NCBI RefSeq assembly: GCF_963921235.1
Contig: NC_086100.1
Coordinates: 75,578,001-75,642,000 of the forward strand
DNA length: 64,000 nucleotides
Reading direction: 5' to 3'
Origin: Mobula hypostoma
Lineage: Eukaryota
The position numbers and the translations under genes were made by a program. The notes beneath the pieces were generated by a model. It was not told where the DNA came from, ran no database searches, and saw nothing but the letters and a program-made list of their open reading frames with translations. Of the stretch, positions 12,020 through 25,245 are shown piece after piece. Every line of letters starts with the position of its first letter. Position 1 is the first letter of the stretch.

Positions 12020-13670
12020 ATACACTGAAGGTCATAAGGCTCTGCAGAGGTTTTAAGGGCTTAAGAAACAAAATCTCAAAGGTAATCATCTTTGGATTAC
12101 TCCCTGTGGCATTCACCAGTGACTACAGAAACAGTGCCACTGATGTGTTTGGAGAGATTATACCTAAGGGAGGGTTTATATTCTTGGGACACTGGGACTA
12201 TTTCTTGGGGAGGTACAGTTGCATTGCTCCATAACAGAGCCTGGACCAATGTCCTTGTGAGAAGAGGCTCTGCTACAGAAGTAGATAAAAATTGCTTTGG
12301 CAGTGGATGGATGGCTAAAAAAAATTGGAAGAAAGGTGTAAAGGGCTTTGAGACAGATGAATTACATTTTAAATGCAACCAAGGTAAGTGCTGAGTAGGC
12401 TTAAGGTACATTCTAGTGACCACCAGAAGCATATTAAATACTGTTGGTGACCACAGATGCAGCTAACACTGTGGGATGATTACATTGTCTCAGTATCAGG
12501 GATTTATCTCAAAATTAAAGGCAGGAGTGGGTTATAATTATTCTTGGACATAAAATGTTCATGAAACATGGGGAAGGGAGGAAAGGGAGAGATATAGCAT
12601 TGATTAAGCATTGACCACATAATAGGCTTGTCATCTAGATTGAAAGATATGGAATAAATGGGGCTGTAGCAGCAGCATGGATAGAAAATTGATTAACTAA
12701 CAGGAGTCAAACACTGGCAGTGAAAGCATATTTTTCAGACTGAAGGGGAGCGTGCAGTGGGATCCTACTTTATTAATATGTACTGAGGATTTGAACTTGG
12801 GTTTACAATATACAATTTACACATTTGTAGCTGACACTAAGCTAAAGACCTAGTGAAATACAATGAGATTAGTAATATACCTCAAAGAATTATATATGGA
12901 TTGGTGAAATGGGCAGGTCAGTGATTAACGCTGAGAAATATGAAATGTTACAGTTCGGAGAGATGAATGAGAAAAAGCAAAACAAGAATAGAATTCACAA
13001 TTTTTAAAAGGTATACGAACAGAAATGTATGGGACTATATGTTCACAATTCATTGAAAGTAGTGGGGCAGGTTGAGAAACTGATTTAAAAAATAGAATGC
13101 TGGACTTTATAAATAGAGTGTTGAGTACAGGAACAAAGAAGTAATGTGAGTCTTTATCATACACTTGTTATGCCACAGCTGGAGTATTAAGACCAGTTCT
13201 GGGTCCCATGCTTTAGAAAACATGTTAACAAATATGGTTTCAGGAATAAAGGACTACATAGTTATATGGATGAATTGGAATAGTTGGAAATGTTCTTCTT
13301 AGATAGAGGCAGTTGCAAGGAGATCTGATAGAGATATTTAAAATCATGAAGGATATCAGCAGTGTGGATAGAAGTGATCTATTTCTAGAACTGGGAGCAT
13401 AAAATGAAGGTAACTGATAAAATAAGCAATAACGCAAAAAGAAAAAGAAATTTTTTATCCAATGATTGGGGCCTGCAATGCATTGCCAGGGTATTAGTGG
13501 AGGCACGTTCAGTAGTAGATGTCAAAGAGGATTTGGATGGATGCATATTGAAAGGAATATAACTTGCAAGATGATATGAAGAGGGTAGGGAAATAGGACT
13601 AGCTGGTTTACTGATGCACAGAACTGTACAGACCCAATCAACTGAATGGCCTCTTTCCAGGCTGTAATCA
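12020..13670 (+). mobile_element. Decayed CR1 LINE with ORF1 esterase remnant and RT C-terminus
   Basis: ORF1 SGNH-esterase-like remnants (K.IISGLLPV, LERLYLREG..., HNRAWTNVL); RT tttgtagctgacactaa (FADDTK-like), ccacagctggagtat (PQLEY), ggagatctgatagag (GDLIE). Confidence 0.8.
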
Positions 13671-14679
13671 ATCTGCAGGTGTGTAATTAAAGAAAAGTGA
13701 AGGTAGTCTCTGTTACATCTTTAACCTCAAGTGTCAGACTTGCTTTACAGCTAACAAAGTTGCTTTGGAGCATAATGACATGAATAAGTATGGTTACTTA
13801 GTTCATTCTAAACAGCAGATCATCTCTCCTTTTCTACTTTGAGGTAAACAATATCAGTTTCTCCTTTCTCTCCACATAAATAACAAGGAAATACTAAGAG
13901 TCAAGAAGGTAGAAAGAAGTTTCAGTATTTTAATCTTGTGTTGAATAGTTTTAGCAAAGAGCACAATAACAGCATGAAATTTTTGGAAGTGGTCCATACA
14001 GGGTTAATTTACCCTTACTAAGCACTAGTGTTTCTGTGGTTAGAGTGCTAGAGCAGCAGGTGCTGCTTTTAGCTTTCCTGACAGTTTATTGGAACTGGAC
14101 GGTTTCCATGCAGGAAACACGTGTCTGGAAAATGGATCACATAGCATCACATTCTTGTCACTTGCTGATTCAAATTCTATGAAAGTAAAACATAATTTAA
14201 AATTGTGGACATTCTGCATATCATGAAGTCCACAATTTCCCTTCGAGAAAACCGATACAGTGCTACAAAGTTACGCTGCTTATCTAGACATCGCTTCTAT
14301 CATTTTCATTGATGATGTAAAACTGTTGTCATTTGAAGACCAGTCACACAGAGTTAGACCTCTGCAGCACCATGAAGTCTGTTCCATCATTTCTTCAAGG
14401 GCAGGTCCCATTTTGAAATGGAGACTTGGTAGGTTCCTGTTAAGTAATTTCCTGACCTGACACCTTCACTGGATTCCCCCATCATTCCCAACATCCTCCT
14501 CTCTCCATCCCTTCCCAGAAGCAACAGCCAGCCCCCGATTCCGTCCAGTCCAAGCCTGAATTCCATAGCACCTGCATTCCACCATTATTCACTAACTGTA
14601 ACTGGACCATATAAATATCACAATGACAGAGCCTAGGTATACTTATATGAGTGACTCATCTCTTGAACGCTCAAAAACT

Positions 14680-14950
14680 TTCTACCATCCACAAGCCATT
14701 CAAGAGCATTATGGAATTCTCTCAATTGTCTAAAATGAGTGTAACTCCATTAATACTCTGGAAGCTCAACAACTGTAAAGGGTAAAGGACTCCATCCACT
14801 ACCTGAAGCATGCATCCCCTTCACCATTAGCACATGGTGAGCACAGGACAAACCTTCTGCCATTTACGCAATATTATAGCCCTCTAGAGTACTTCACCTG
14901 CATCTGTTTTAAATTTAAAGGCATAGGACCAGATGCTATTCAGTGCAGGG
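14680..14950 (+). mobile_element. Old LINE 3' fragment (same family as 10720-11990)
   Basis: ccatccacaagcc...atggaattctctc...gaagctcaac...ccccttcaccatt. Confidence 0.5.
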
Positions 14951-15527
14951 AAATGCATGTAAGACCAGTGACCAGTAGCCAACACACACTATAAAATTAT
15001 GCTGTGAGACTCAGGGTGAAGCAAGCAGAAGAATTCACCCAGTTTGGTTGCAGGTAGAAGAAGAGGTGGGGAGCTATACTTGCGGGGAGGAACATCAAAC
15101 TTTCCATCAGGGTAGTGAGGACAGATGTGTTGCCACTGAGGTGGCTGGTAGTGGTAGGAGATATTAAGATAGGGTATGGCGGTGGGAGAACAAGAGAGAG
15201 AGTGACAGTGAGGAGTTGTATGTCACAGTTATATAGAATGGAAGCAGGCCCTTTGGCCCAATTGGTCCCTGCCAATCAAGATTCCCCATCCAAGCTAGTC
15301 ACTTCTTCCAGCATTTAACACATTACCTTCCAAACCTTTCCAATCCAGGTACCTGTTCATCTGTCTTTTAAAATTTGTTATTGTACCTGCCTTAAACACT
15401 TCCTCCGGCAGCCCATCCCACAGGACCCTCACAACAGAAAATGTAAAAAAGTAACGGAATATGTAAAAATGTTGCCCCTCATGTTCCTCTTATATCTTTC
15501 CCCTCTCACCTGAAACCTTAACCCTCA

Positions 15528-15962
15528 GGGTGGAGGAGCAACACCTTAGATTCCGTCTGGGTAACTTCCAACTTGGTGGCATGAATATTGATTTCTCCTT
15601 CAGGTGAATAAATTCCTCCCCCCCCCTCCTCTATTCACCACTCTACCCTTTTAACACTTCTCGCCTGCCTATTAGATCCCCCTCAGTCCTGTCTTCCCTT
15701 TCTCCTATGGTTCACTCTCCTCTCCCATCAGATTTTTTTCTTCTCCAGCCCTTGATCTCCCCCCCCCCCGCCCCCGTCCAACCTGGCTTCACCTATCACC
15801 TTCCAGCCAGCCTCCTTCCCTTTCCCCCAACCTTTTTATTCTGGCAGCTTCCCTCTTCCTTCTCAGTTCTGAGGAAGAGTCTCGGCCCAAAACGTCAACT
15901 ATCTATTTATTTCCATAGATGCTGCCTGACCTGCTGAGTTCCTCCAGCATTTTCTGTGTGTG
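15528..15962 (+). mobile_element. Penelope-like element 3' end
   Basis: GIY-YIG C-terminal LRVEEQHLRFRLGNFQLGGMNIDFS, pyrimidine tract, degenerate hammerhead ctgaggaagagtctcggcccaaaacgtc, pLTR tail. Confidence 0.88.
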
Positions 15963-17177
15963 TCCCTCCCTCTAGTAATTGATTCCCCAACTCTGGAAAA
16001 AAAAATGGAGTGTATTCACCTTATCTATGTCCTTCATGATTTGATATATAGGACCTCTAAAGGATCTAAGGATTGATAGATGCAGAAAGGTGATCCTATA
16101 GAGGACTTCATTCCAAGGAATGAAACCCTAGCCTGCCCAACCCCTCGTTATAACTCAGGATCTCGTCCTGTTAACAACCTTGGAAATCTTTTCTGTACTC
16201 TTTCCAGCTTAATAACATCTTTCCTATAGCAGGGTGATCAAAACTGAACTCAATACTCCAAATGCAACCTCACCAGCATTCTATGCAACTGCACTATGAC
16301 CTCCCAATTTTTATCCTCAGTGCCTTAACTGATGAAGGCCAGCATGCCAAAATCTTTTTCACTAAGCTGTCTACCTGTAACTCCACTTTCAGTGAACCAT
16401 GGACTTGTGCTCTAATGACCTTCAGTCCTACAACATTACCCAGGGCTCTGCTATTCACTGCAAAAGTTCTACTTGTACCTAACTTTTCAAAATGCAACAC
16501 CTCATACTGACCTGAATCAACCTCTATTTATCATTCCTTGGCTCATTTACTCAGCTGATCAAGATCCTCCTGTAATTTTTGGTAATCTTCATCATTGTCC
16601 ACCATCCTACCTATTCTAGTGTCATCTGCAAACTTACTAAGCATGCTTGTACATTCTTATCCAAGTTGTTGATATAGATAATAAACAACAATGGGCCCAG
16701 CATCCACCTCAGAGGCACAGCTCTAGTCACGGGCCACCACCATCATCGTCTGCTTTCTACCATCAAGCCAATTATGTATCCAGCTTGCCAACTCTTCCTG
16801 GATTCCATGTGATCTAACCTTCTAGAGCAGCCTACCATGTGGAACTTTGTCAATAGCATCATTGAAGTTCACATATAGAATGTCTTCTACCATGTCTTTA
16901 CCAACTTTCTTGGTCTCCTCATCAAAAATCTGAGTCAGGTTTACAAGATATAATCTCCCATGCATAAAACAATGCTAACTACACCTAATCAAACCCTCTC
17001 TTTCCAGACGTACGTACTTATATCTTAGCCCTAGAATGCTCTCCAGTAACTTACCTACACAGATGTTAGAGTTATTTGGCCTATAGTTCCAAAGATTTTC
17101 TTTGCCATCTTGTTAAACAAATCCATATCATTTGGTACTCTCTAGTCTACAGGCATGTCACCCTTAGCTAATGATAA

Positions 17178-17278
17178 GCGAGCTAACTGGAGTGTTTGCT
17201 GACATCTTCAACTGCTCCTTGCTTTGTAGTACTAGTACGTTCTAGTACAAATTGTTTGGCGACAATAAAGTATAAAGT
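17178..17278 (+). mobile_element. 101-bp collapsed Rex1/Babar LINE insert
   Basis: ELTGVFADIFNCSLL coding piece fused to tail ctagtacaaattgtttggcgacaataaagta; 4-bp TSD ATAA (17174-17177, 17279-17282). Confidence 0.8.
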
Positions 17279-18224
17279 ATAATGCAAATATCTCAACCAG
17301 GGCTCCTGCAATTTATTATCTACTCTGCCACAGTCTTCTTGGATATACCCGAACAGACTTTGGAGATATGTCTACCCTTATATCTTTGAAGACATCCAGC
17401 ACCCTCTATACTGTAATGCAGACCTCTCTATTTAGTTTTCCTATTCTCCAAAGTCTTCATGTCTTTTTCCATGGTAAAAACAGAGGAGAAATATTAATTT
17501 AGGACCTTGCACATCTCCTGTGGCTGTACACAAAGTTGTCCTATTTTGTCTTTTTGGGGCCCTGTTCTCTCACTAGTTGTTCATTTTCCCTTAATATAAT
17601 TATAAAATCTCTTTGGATTGCCCTTAGTATTCTCAGCCAATGCTACCTCATACCCCCTTTATTAACCTGATTTCCTGATCTCTTCTTGAGAACACTTCTG
17701 CATCCCTTATACTCTCTAGTGTTTGCTTATATATATACACACACCGGGAGGGGTAGATGGCAAAATTAAAAGGGATCAACAAGGTGATTGCAAGTGACAG
17801 TGTCGTTTAGATTGGATCAGGCAAATTCCTTTTAAGTCACAGTAAGGCAGACCTGAGTAACATGGTGTGGATTTTGTTTCTGCATCGGTGGCCAGCACCA
17901 TATGTGACGATGCAGCAGAAGCAGCAGCTAGGCATGCATTATAAGCTCTTTTGGAGGCATAATGAATGTCTGAACAACTCTCTGCAATGGAGTGTCATGT
18001 GTCTGAAGGGCTCAGAAGAATTCTGGCAAAATCTGCAACTGGTGCAGTAGGTCCTGATTGCATTTAGCTATTGGGATTTTTTTTTTGTTAAATTCTTTTG
18101 CACAGTGCACATGTGCTTTGCAAGCTATTTATGAGGGTGCTAAAGCTACAGTAGGATAGTACTTATTTTAAATTTACCTTTAATTTTAGGAGCTAAACTA
18201 CAAAAAATTTGTAATAGTCGTATT

Positions 18225-18750
18225 AAATACGTTTGGCATGGATACTGCAATGCGCAAGATAGGAAATCTCTACAAAGGGTAGTCAAAACTGCCCAACACA
18301 TCTCCTGCTATCAAGGATATATATATAGAAAGGTACCGGAAAAGGGCCAGTAACATCAGGAAAGACCCGATCCAGTCTTCACATGGGCTATTTGTCCCGC
18401 TCCCATCGGGAAGGAGTCTACGTAGCACGCACCCCAGGACCTCCAGCTTCAAAAACAAGTTACTTTCTCCAAGCGGTAACACTGATCAACAGCTCCACAA
18501 CCCCACCAGGACTACTTTATTATTTCCTGTCAGTCACCTTATGTGCAGACACCCCTGTGCCTACATCACTTTATGGACATGCAATCAATCTATGCACAGT
18601 ATATAAGCTATCATGTATTTATATTTATTGTGTTCTTTATCTTATTATGTTTTTCTTTGTGTTGCATTGGAACAGGAAGAGCAATTATTTTGTTTTGCTT
18701 CGCACTTGTGCACTGGAAATGACATTAAACACTTTTGAATCTTGAATCTT
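18225..18750 (+). mobile_element. Rex1/Babar LINE 3' fragment
   Basis: WHGYCNAQDRKSLQRVVKTAQHI...LFVPLPSGRSLRS; tail gacattaaac...(ttgaatc)n. Confidence 0.88.
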
Positions 18751-18814
18751 ATTTGATCCTTCCACCTCTCATATATTTCCTCATTCTTATCTTAAGATCA
18801 GCTTACCTATTTTT

Positions 18815-19215
18815 CCCAGAGAGGGAGGCCTGTGTTGGTCAGGGTCAACCATGGATGCTGCACGCTAGCTGTCTGTATGCCAATACGCAACCCAGTGCAC
18901 ACCAGGACAGTATGATATGGAGAGCAAGCTGCTGCCCATGCTACAGGCTCCCCCTCTCCATGTAGCTGATGAATCCAAGGGAATGGCTAGGACTGCTACA
19001 GTTTGGCAACAGCAGCATCAGAGGAGGTGTGAGTCAGTGTTGAACACAACATTGTAGGACTGACTGCCTTAGGGACTTGAGCTATGGATTTTTCCTCAGC
19101 CTGCCCCATGAGTGGGTATAGCTGCAGAGGTTTGAGATTAGAGCTTTCCTTCTGCTACATAAGCAGCCAAACACAGCTGATGAGCCCCATCCCCCCGCAG
19201 CCACTGGTTTCACAG
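18815..19215 (-). mobile_element. Non-autonomous RTE-derived element
   Basis: Reverse strand ggctgcttatgtagcagaaggaaagctctaatctcaaacc resembles the RTE 5' UTR motif (ctaggagaaggaaaactctga...caaacc); no ORF. Confidence 0.55.
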
Positions 19216-20339
19216 TGGAGGGGAAATAGTCATGATGCAAGTTTCTTCTGTACAGAAACATGAAAACTTTTGATGAAAGAGGAAAACCAGCTTGAATTAC
19301 TTAAAGTAGTAAGATGACACCTTTAACATATGTTGTGAATAATATTTTAGAACTCCATTCAACATTTTATTCTTGTTTAAAGATCCGCAAACTGTTATTA
19401 CCAGATCCAAGCAAATCCCATGTCTCAATACAACTTGTTCTAGAAAGTCTAAATTGATTGTTTTCCTTGGGATAATTGCCTCCAATTGTATCAAGCACAT
19501 CGATTTGTTTAGGAGCAGTGAACATTGCTAAAGTCAGGAACTATAGAAGAACCCATATAGTTTACCTCTGTTTTTTATACAATCCATACTTAGCAACCAT
19601 TATTCCCGAAGCATTTTCATTATCACACTTTACCAGCTGTAATGTGCTTGGAATTCTTCTGAATTTTCCTTGTTATTTTAAAAGGAATATATTAGCAAAA
19701 ATATACCCTCAGATCTTCATGCCCCTAAACATAAAATTTCCATTTTCCTCAAAACTTCTTACAATCCACAATCTTCAGAGTTTTAAAATTTGAGCTTGCA
19801 AATCCTGGTTGCTACTTTGTAATTTACTTCATTCATTTTTCTATTTACTTATAGATTTAGTAAAGCCCTTGCTTTCTTTTTTAAAATTGCTACAATCTGT
19901 ATTTTCTTAGTGCACACTGCTATTCATAACCTAGCTCTCTAAAAGTACTTCCAAGCTATTTGATTGGCAGGATTAAGTGCTTTGGAAGTTAATGGGCTTC
20001 AATTTATTCAAAATATCAAGGGATAGGTAGTTGACAGTAATTGTTATTAATGGTTGGTGGACAACCTGAATCAGTATCCATAGCTCCCAATCACCCATAT
20101 GTCCATCTCTTCCTAATGGATCTTAGGTCCTTAACTATTCAAAAGGATGAACAACATTATTCTTTACTGATATACACTGTATTTTCCACTGTCTTTTCAA
20201 CAGATCTAATTTCTTTTGCCATTTACAGAGAATTTGCCGCCAAGTGTCCACTAATGTATTTGATGTGCCATTAACTCTACCTTGTCAGACTATTTGTCCA
20301 ACATCCGATATTGGATGAGCAGACATCTCTGACAAAGTG

Positions 20340-21058
20340 ATAGGGAAACTAAAATCATCATCTTTGGTACCAACACAAAGCAGGTTTGCATTCCTTCCCC
20401 AGAAACTGTCTGAATCTGATCAGACTGTTAGGACCCTGGTATCATTTGACCTGAGTTCCAGTTCATATAACAATCCATTATTAGGACTACCCATTGCAAT
20501 TTCCATAACATCATCAAACGTTATCCATGCTTTCATTTACCGACTGATACGACTATCATTTATCCATTTGTTACCTATCGATGCAATTATTGCAAGGCCC
20601 TCCTGGCTGGTCTCCCTTATTTTACCCTCCACTAACTGGAGGTCATTCAAAACCATGCTATTTGTCTCCATGTCTCACGAATTGGCTTATTCATTATTAC
20701 TACAATGACACTTATCCTTATCTTCAAATTCCTCCTGGGTCGTATTCCTCCACATCTCTGTAATTCCTCCTGCCCTATAAACATCCTAATGCTGGCCACT
20801 TGAGCAAATTAATTAATCACTCCACAATTAACAGGTAGATGCTGAACACTGGACCTGAGCTTTTATGCCAACCCATCTCTCTTTTCTCCTTTAAGACCCT
20901 CTTTAAAACCCATCTCTTTGACCAAGCTTTATGCCATCTGCCCTTGTATCACCTAAGTGACTTATTGCCAGAATTATTTATTTTTTGGATAATACTCCTG
21001 CAAAGGGCATTAGGATATTTTGCTGGACGAGAGTTGCTACGTACTGCTGGTTGTTTTC
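20340..21058 (+). mobile_element. Decayed L2 LINE 3' part
   Basis: IHAFI.RL...AIIARP remnant; L2 end FKTLFKTHLFDQA and L2-like 3' UTR. Confidence 0.75.
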
Positions 21059-21282
21059 GATAATATCTTTGAGTGGCTAGATGCTGCTGCTCTGGTGCAC
21101 TGGAATGACTGTCCCTCCTTGGATAAGTTTGGAAAAAATAAAAATGCTATTTACCTCAGAACTAATTTGAATAGTAAGTCCTGATGACATTTGGAGAATT
21201 GACTTGCATTAAAGATTAATGTAATCAGACTAAGAGTTAATGAGCATATATTCACCATGCTCAAAGTGAAGACATTTCTCCT

Positions 21283-21756
21283 ATTGCACTGCTCAGGACT
21301 GAAGGAAGCTGCAGAGGGTTGTAAATTTAGTCAGCTCCACCTTGGGTACTGGCCTACAAAGTACCTAGGACATCTTCAAGGAGCGGTGTCTCAGAAAGGC
21401 AGTGTCCAGTATTAAGGACCTCGAGCACCCAGGGCATGCCCTTTTCTCACTGTTACCATCAGGTAGGAGGTACAGAAGCCTGAAGGCACACACTCAGTGA
21501 TTCAGGAACAGCTTCTTCCCCTCTGTCATCTGATTCCTAAATGGACATTGAACCCGTGAACACCACCTCACTTTTTAAATATACACTATTTCTGTTTTTT
21601 TGTATGATTTTTAATCTATTCAATATATGTATACTGTTATTTATTTATTATTATTATTTTATTTTTTTCTTCTATATTATGTATTGCATTGAACCGTTTC
21701 TGCTAAGTTAACAAATTTCACAACAACTGTTGGTGATAATAAACCTGATTCTGATT
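21283..21756 (+). mobile_element. Rex1/Babar LINE 3' fragment
   Basis: CTAQD*RKLQRVV...HPGHALFSLLPSGRRYRSLKAHTQ*FRNSFFP; tail gataataaacctgattctgattc. Confidence 0.92.
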
Positions 21757-22150
21757 CATCTCAGTCTGAAATGAACAACCTCTTATTCTGACATTTTATT
21801 GTGACCCCTGGTTCTCGTCTTGTCCAGCAGGAAGAAACATTCTCCCTGCATCCAGCCTGTCAAGTCCTGTACAAACCTAGCAAATTTTAATGAAATATCC
21901 TCTCATTCTTCTAAACTCCTTAGTATGTAGCCTAGTCCACTCAATTTCTTTATATACAACATACACAACAGTTCTGGAACACATATTGTGAATCTTGAGT
22001 GCACTCCCTCTATGTCAAGCACATCCTTTTTCAGATAAGGTGACCAAAACCTGTATGCTGTGTTCCATATCCGAGCTCTCATAATTGCAATAAAACATCC
22101 TTTCTCCTATTCTCCATAAGAGTGGCTGATATATTATCATCTAATTAAAA

Positions 22151-22850
22151 CAGAACTCGGATCCACAGCACCCACTACATGACCTTGTGCCAGTCTCCAA
22201 CTGCCTAAAATCGAGGAAAAGCTTTGCTACAGTGGAGGAACTACTGCATGGATGGGGATGGGAACGTCGACTCAGACCATGAGAGGCCTGCGTCGGGCAT
22301 TTTCATGCCTTACAAGGCGCAGATTGGAAGGCTGTGTGGGGCGCCACTCCTCGCTCAAACACTAGAGCAATGTGTGGTTAAGTGCCTTGCTCAAGAACAC
22401 AAACACGCTGCCACAGCTGAGGCTCGAACTAGCGACCTTTAGATCACTAGACAAATGTCTTAACCACTTGGCCACGTGCCCAACACTGTATCGTATGAAC
22501 ATCCCCCCAAACATACAGGATTGACCTCTGACAACAAACAGAAGCCAGAACCCCACCAAACAATACAGTGCAAGTCCCCACAGAAATGTTACCAGACGGG
22601 GCACTGCTTGACAGACGGAAGTGGTGCACTCTCAACAGAGCGAGAGCGGGAGTTTGTAGGAAGGGAGACAATATGGTGAATCAGGTTTAAAGACCAGCGA
22701 ATCCTGTGAGGGTGGCGAAAGGGTGCAGAACATTGAACACGTTCTGCGCAACTGCCCACTCTCACCTGATTTAGCTGACACTGAGCTGCTCAACATCAAC
22801 CAAACAACACTAGAGTGGCTGGCTGTCTGGTGTGACAAGCTATGATGATG
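22151..22850 (+). mobile_element. 5'-truncated Vingi (Ingi-group) LINE
   Basis: DPQHPLHD...LKSRKSF...PTEMLPDG...KWCTLNRARAGV...CEGGERVQNIEHVLRNCP...WLAVWCDKL*; (TGA)n tail; perfect 12-bp TSD ATCTAATTAAAA (22139-22150, 22851-22862). Confidence 0.85.
22250..22485 (-). mobile_element. Full-length young tRNA-derived SINE (Thr-AGT-like head)
   Basis: A box TGGCCAAGTGG (22464-22474), B box AGTTCGAGCC (22421-22430), anticodon-like loop CTAGTGA; body cttgagcaaggcacttaaccacac; many CpGs retained. Confidence 0.85.
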
Positions 22851-23424
22851 ATCTAATTAAAATTCCAATTTACTCACTACACCCATCAACATTCTGTGAC
22901 TTGTTTACAAAAACACTTTGAAATCAACATTACTCAAACTTTCACCATTTAAAAATACTTTGCTTTTCAGTTCTCTGACTGGCATAAGGCAGAAGGTGTA
23001 GGAAACCTGAGTCCAATGAGAACTTGAATTCTGCCTCCATATTGTTTCATGATGTGCTGGCTGAAGCTAACATGTGTTGCTTGGGTTAACTACTTGATCC
23101 ATTAGTTTTGGAGATACTGCCATCTTACACATCAGGTAGAGAGCAGTAATATGTCTACATGCTTCTTGGATATTGTGTTGATACTTAAGATGAAATCAGT
23201 AAGAAGGTGGAGTAAAGGCATGCTATCATTAAAGATTCTTTATCTGTTCATTCTCCTAAGGGATGTCTGTGTATGTGCATATATTTGAGTGATAGAGATT
23301 GGAAGAATACTTTTCTATAATATTTTCAACATGAGAAAATGTCATTCCATGTGATTATGTAGATATGTAGATCTAGCCACATGTTTTTAATCATTCAGGT
23401 CCTTTGGCCCATCTAGTCCATGTC

Positions 23425-25245
23425 CATAAGACCATAAGACAAAGGAGCAGAAGTCGGCCATTCGGCCCATCGAGTCTGCTCCGCCATTTTATCATGAGCT
23501 GAGCCATTCTCCCATTTAGTCCCACTCCCCCGCCTTCTCACCATAACCTTTGATGACCTAGCTACTCAGATACCTATCAATCTTTGCCTTAACTACACCC
23601 AATGACTTGGCCTCCACTGCTGCCTGTGGCAACAAATTCCATAGATTCACCACCCTCTGACTAAAAAAATTTCTTCGCATTTCTGTTCTGAATGGGTGCC
23701 CTTCAATCCTTAAGTCATGCCCTCTCATACTAGACTCCCCCATCATGAGAAACAACTTTGCCACATCCACTCTGTCCATGCCTTTCAACATTCGAAATGT
23801 TTCTATGAGGTCTCCCCTCATTCTTCTAAACTCCAAGGAATACAGTCCAAGAGCGGACACACGTTCCTCATATATTAACCCTCTCATTCCCGGAATCATT
23901 CTAGTGAATCTTCTCTGTACCCTCTCCAACGTCAGCACATCCTTTCTTAAATAAGGAGACCAAAACTGCCCACAGTACTCCAAGTGAGGTCTTACCAGCG
24001 CCTTATAGAGCCTCAACATCACATCCCTGCTCCTATACCCTATTCCCCTAGAAATGAATGCCAACATTGCATTCGCCTTCTTCATTACCGACTCAACCTG
24101 GAGGTTAACCTTTAAGGGTATCCTGTACGAGGACTCCCAAGTCCCGTTGCATCTCAGAACTTTGAATTCTTTCCCCATTTAAATAATAGTCTGCCCGTTT
24201 ATTACTTCTGCCAAAGTGCATAACCATACACTTTCCAACATTGTATTTCATTTGCCACTTCTTTGCCCATTCTTCCAATCTATCCAAGTCTCTCTGCAGA
24301 CTCTCCATTTCCTCAGCACTACCGGCCCCTCCACCTATTTTCGTATCGTCAGCAAACTTAGCCACAAAGCCATCTATTCCATAATCCGAATCATCGATGT
24401 ACAATGTAAAAAGAAGCGGCCCCCACACGGACCCTTGTGGAAAACCACTGGTAACCGGAAGCCAACCAGAATAGGATCCCTTTATTCCCACTCTCTGTTT
24501 CCTGCCAATCAGCCAACGCTCTATCCACGTATGTAACTTTCCCATAATTCCATGGGCTCTTATCTTGTTAAGTAGCCTCATGTGTGGCACCTTGTCAAAG
24601 GCCTTCTGAAAATCCAAATATACGATATCCACTGCATCTCCCTTGTCTAGCCTAATGGTAATTTCCTCAAAAAATTGTAATAGGTTTGTCAGGCAGGATT
24701 TTCCTTTAAGGAATCCATGCTGAGTTCTGCCTATCTTGTCATATGCCTCCAGGTACTCTGTAACCTCATCCTTGACAATCGACTCCAACAATTTCCCAAC
24801 CACCGATGTCAAGCTAACAGGTCTATAATTTCCTTTTTGCTTCCTTGCCCTCTTCTTAAATAGCAGAGTGACATTTGCAATCTTCCAGTCCTCCGGAACC
24901 ATGCCAGAATCTATTGACTTTTGAAAGATCATCGCTAATGCCTCCGCAATCTCCACAGCTACTTCCTTCAGAACACGCGGGTACATTCCATCTGGTCCGG
25001 GAGATTTATCTACCTTTAGACTATTCAGCTTCCTGAGTACTTCCTCTGTCGTAATTGTGACTGCGTACTCTTCTCCTCCTTGCCACCCTTGAGTGTCCGG
25101 TATACTGCTGACGTCTTCCTCGGTGAAGACTGATGCAAAATAATCGTTCAGTTCCTCTGCCATCTCCTTATCTCCCATTACAATTTCTCCAGCATCATTT
25201 TCTATCGGTCCTATGTCTACTCTCACCTGTCTTTTACTCTTTATC
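23425..25245 (-). mobile_element. Young 5'-truncated CR1 (HER1-like) LINE
   Basis: (GTCTTATG)2 tail; 4-bp TSD TGTC; near-intact ORF2. Confidence 0.97.
23558..25226 (-). pseudogene. CR1 ORF2 reverse transcriptase, one frameshift at ~24110 and a late premature stop
   Basis: KSPGPDG, NYRPVSLTS, QHGF, YLDFQKAFDKVPH, GFPQGSV, KFADDTK, RPHLEYC, GDLIETF; ORFs 24105-25226 and 23558-24178. Confidence 0.95.

Larger units (their letters stand above)
15220..17720 (-). mobile_element. CR1 LINE (about 2 kb, decayed) hosting two younger inserts
   Basis: 3' end gaagcaggccctttggcccaa; RT motifs gtcatctgcaaactt (KFADD), atactccaaatg (HLEY), ggcctatagttcc (GNYRP). Confidence 0.9.
21757..22975 (-). mobile_element. 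Decayed CR1 LINE hosting the Vingi insert
   Basis: cctctcattcttctaaactcc, ttttcagataaggtgaccaaaac; resumes after 22862. Confidence 0.75.

Noticed and set aside
14200-14238. 11-bp inverted repeat AAATTGTGGAC/GTCCACAATTT
   Set aside because: Short, no supporting context, and compatible with chance or a tiny decayed MITE
19300-20330. Possible ancient L1 or viral coding remnant on the minus strand
   Set aside because: A-rich and coding-like in feel, but no diagnostic motif could be read; needs tblastx/HMM
22410-22485. tRNA-Thr gene
   Set aside because: Imperfect stems, no terminator, and it runs into a SINE body; it is a SINE head
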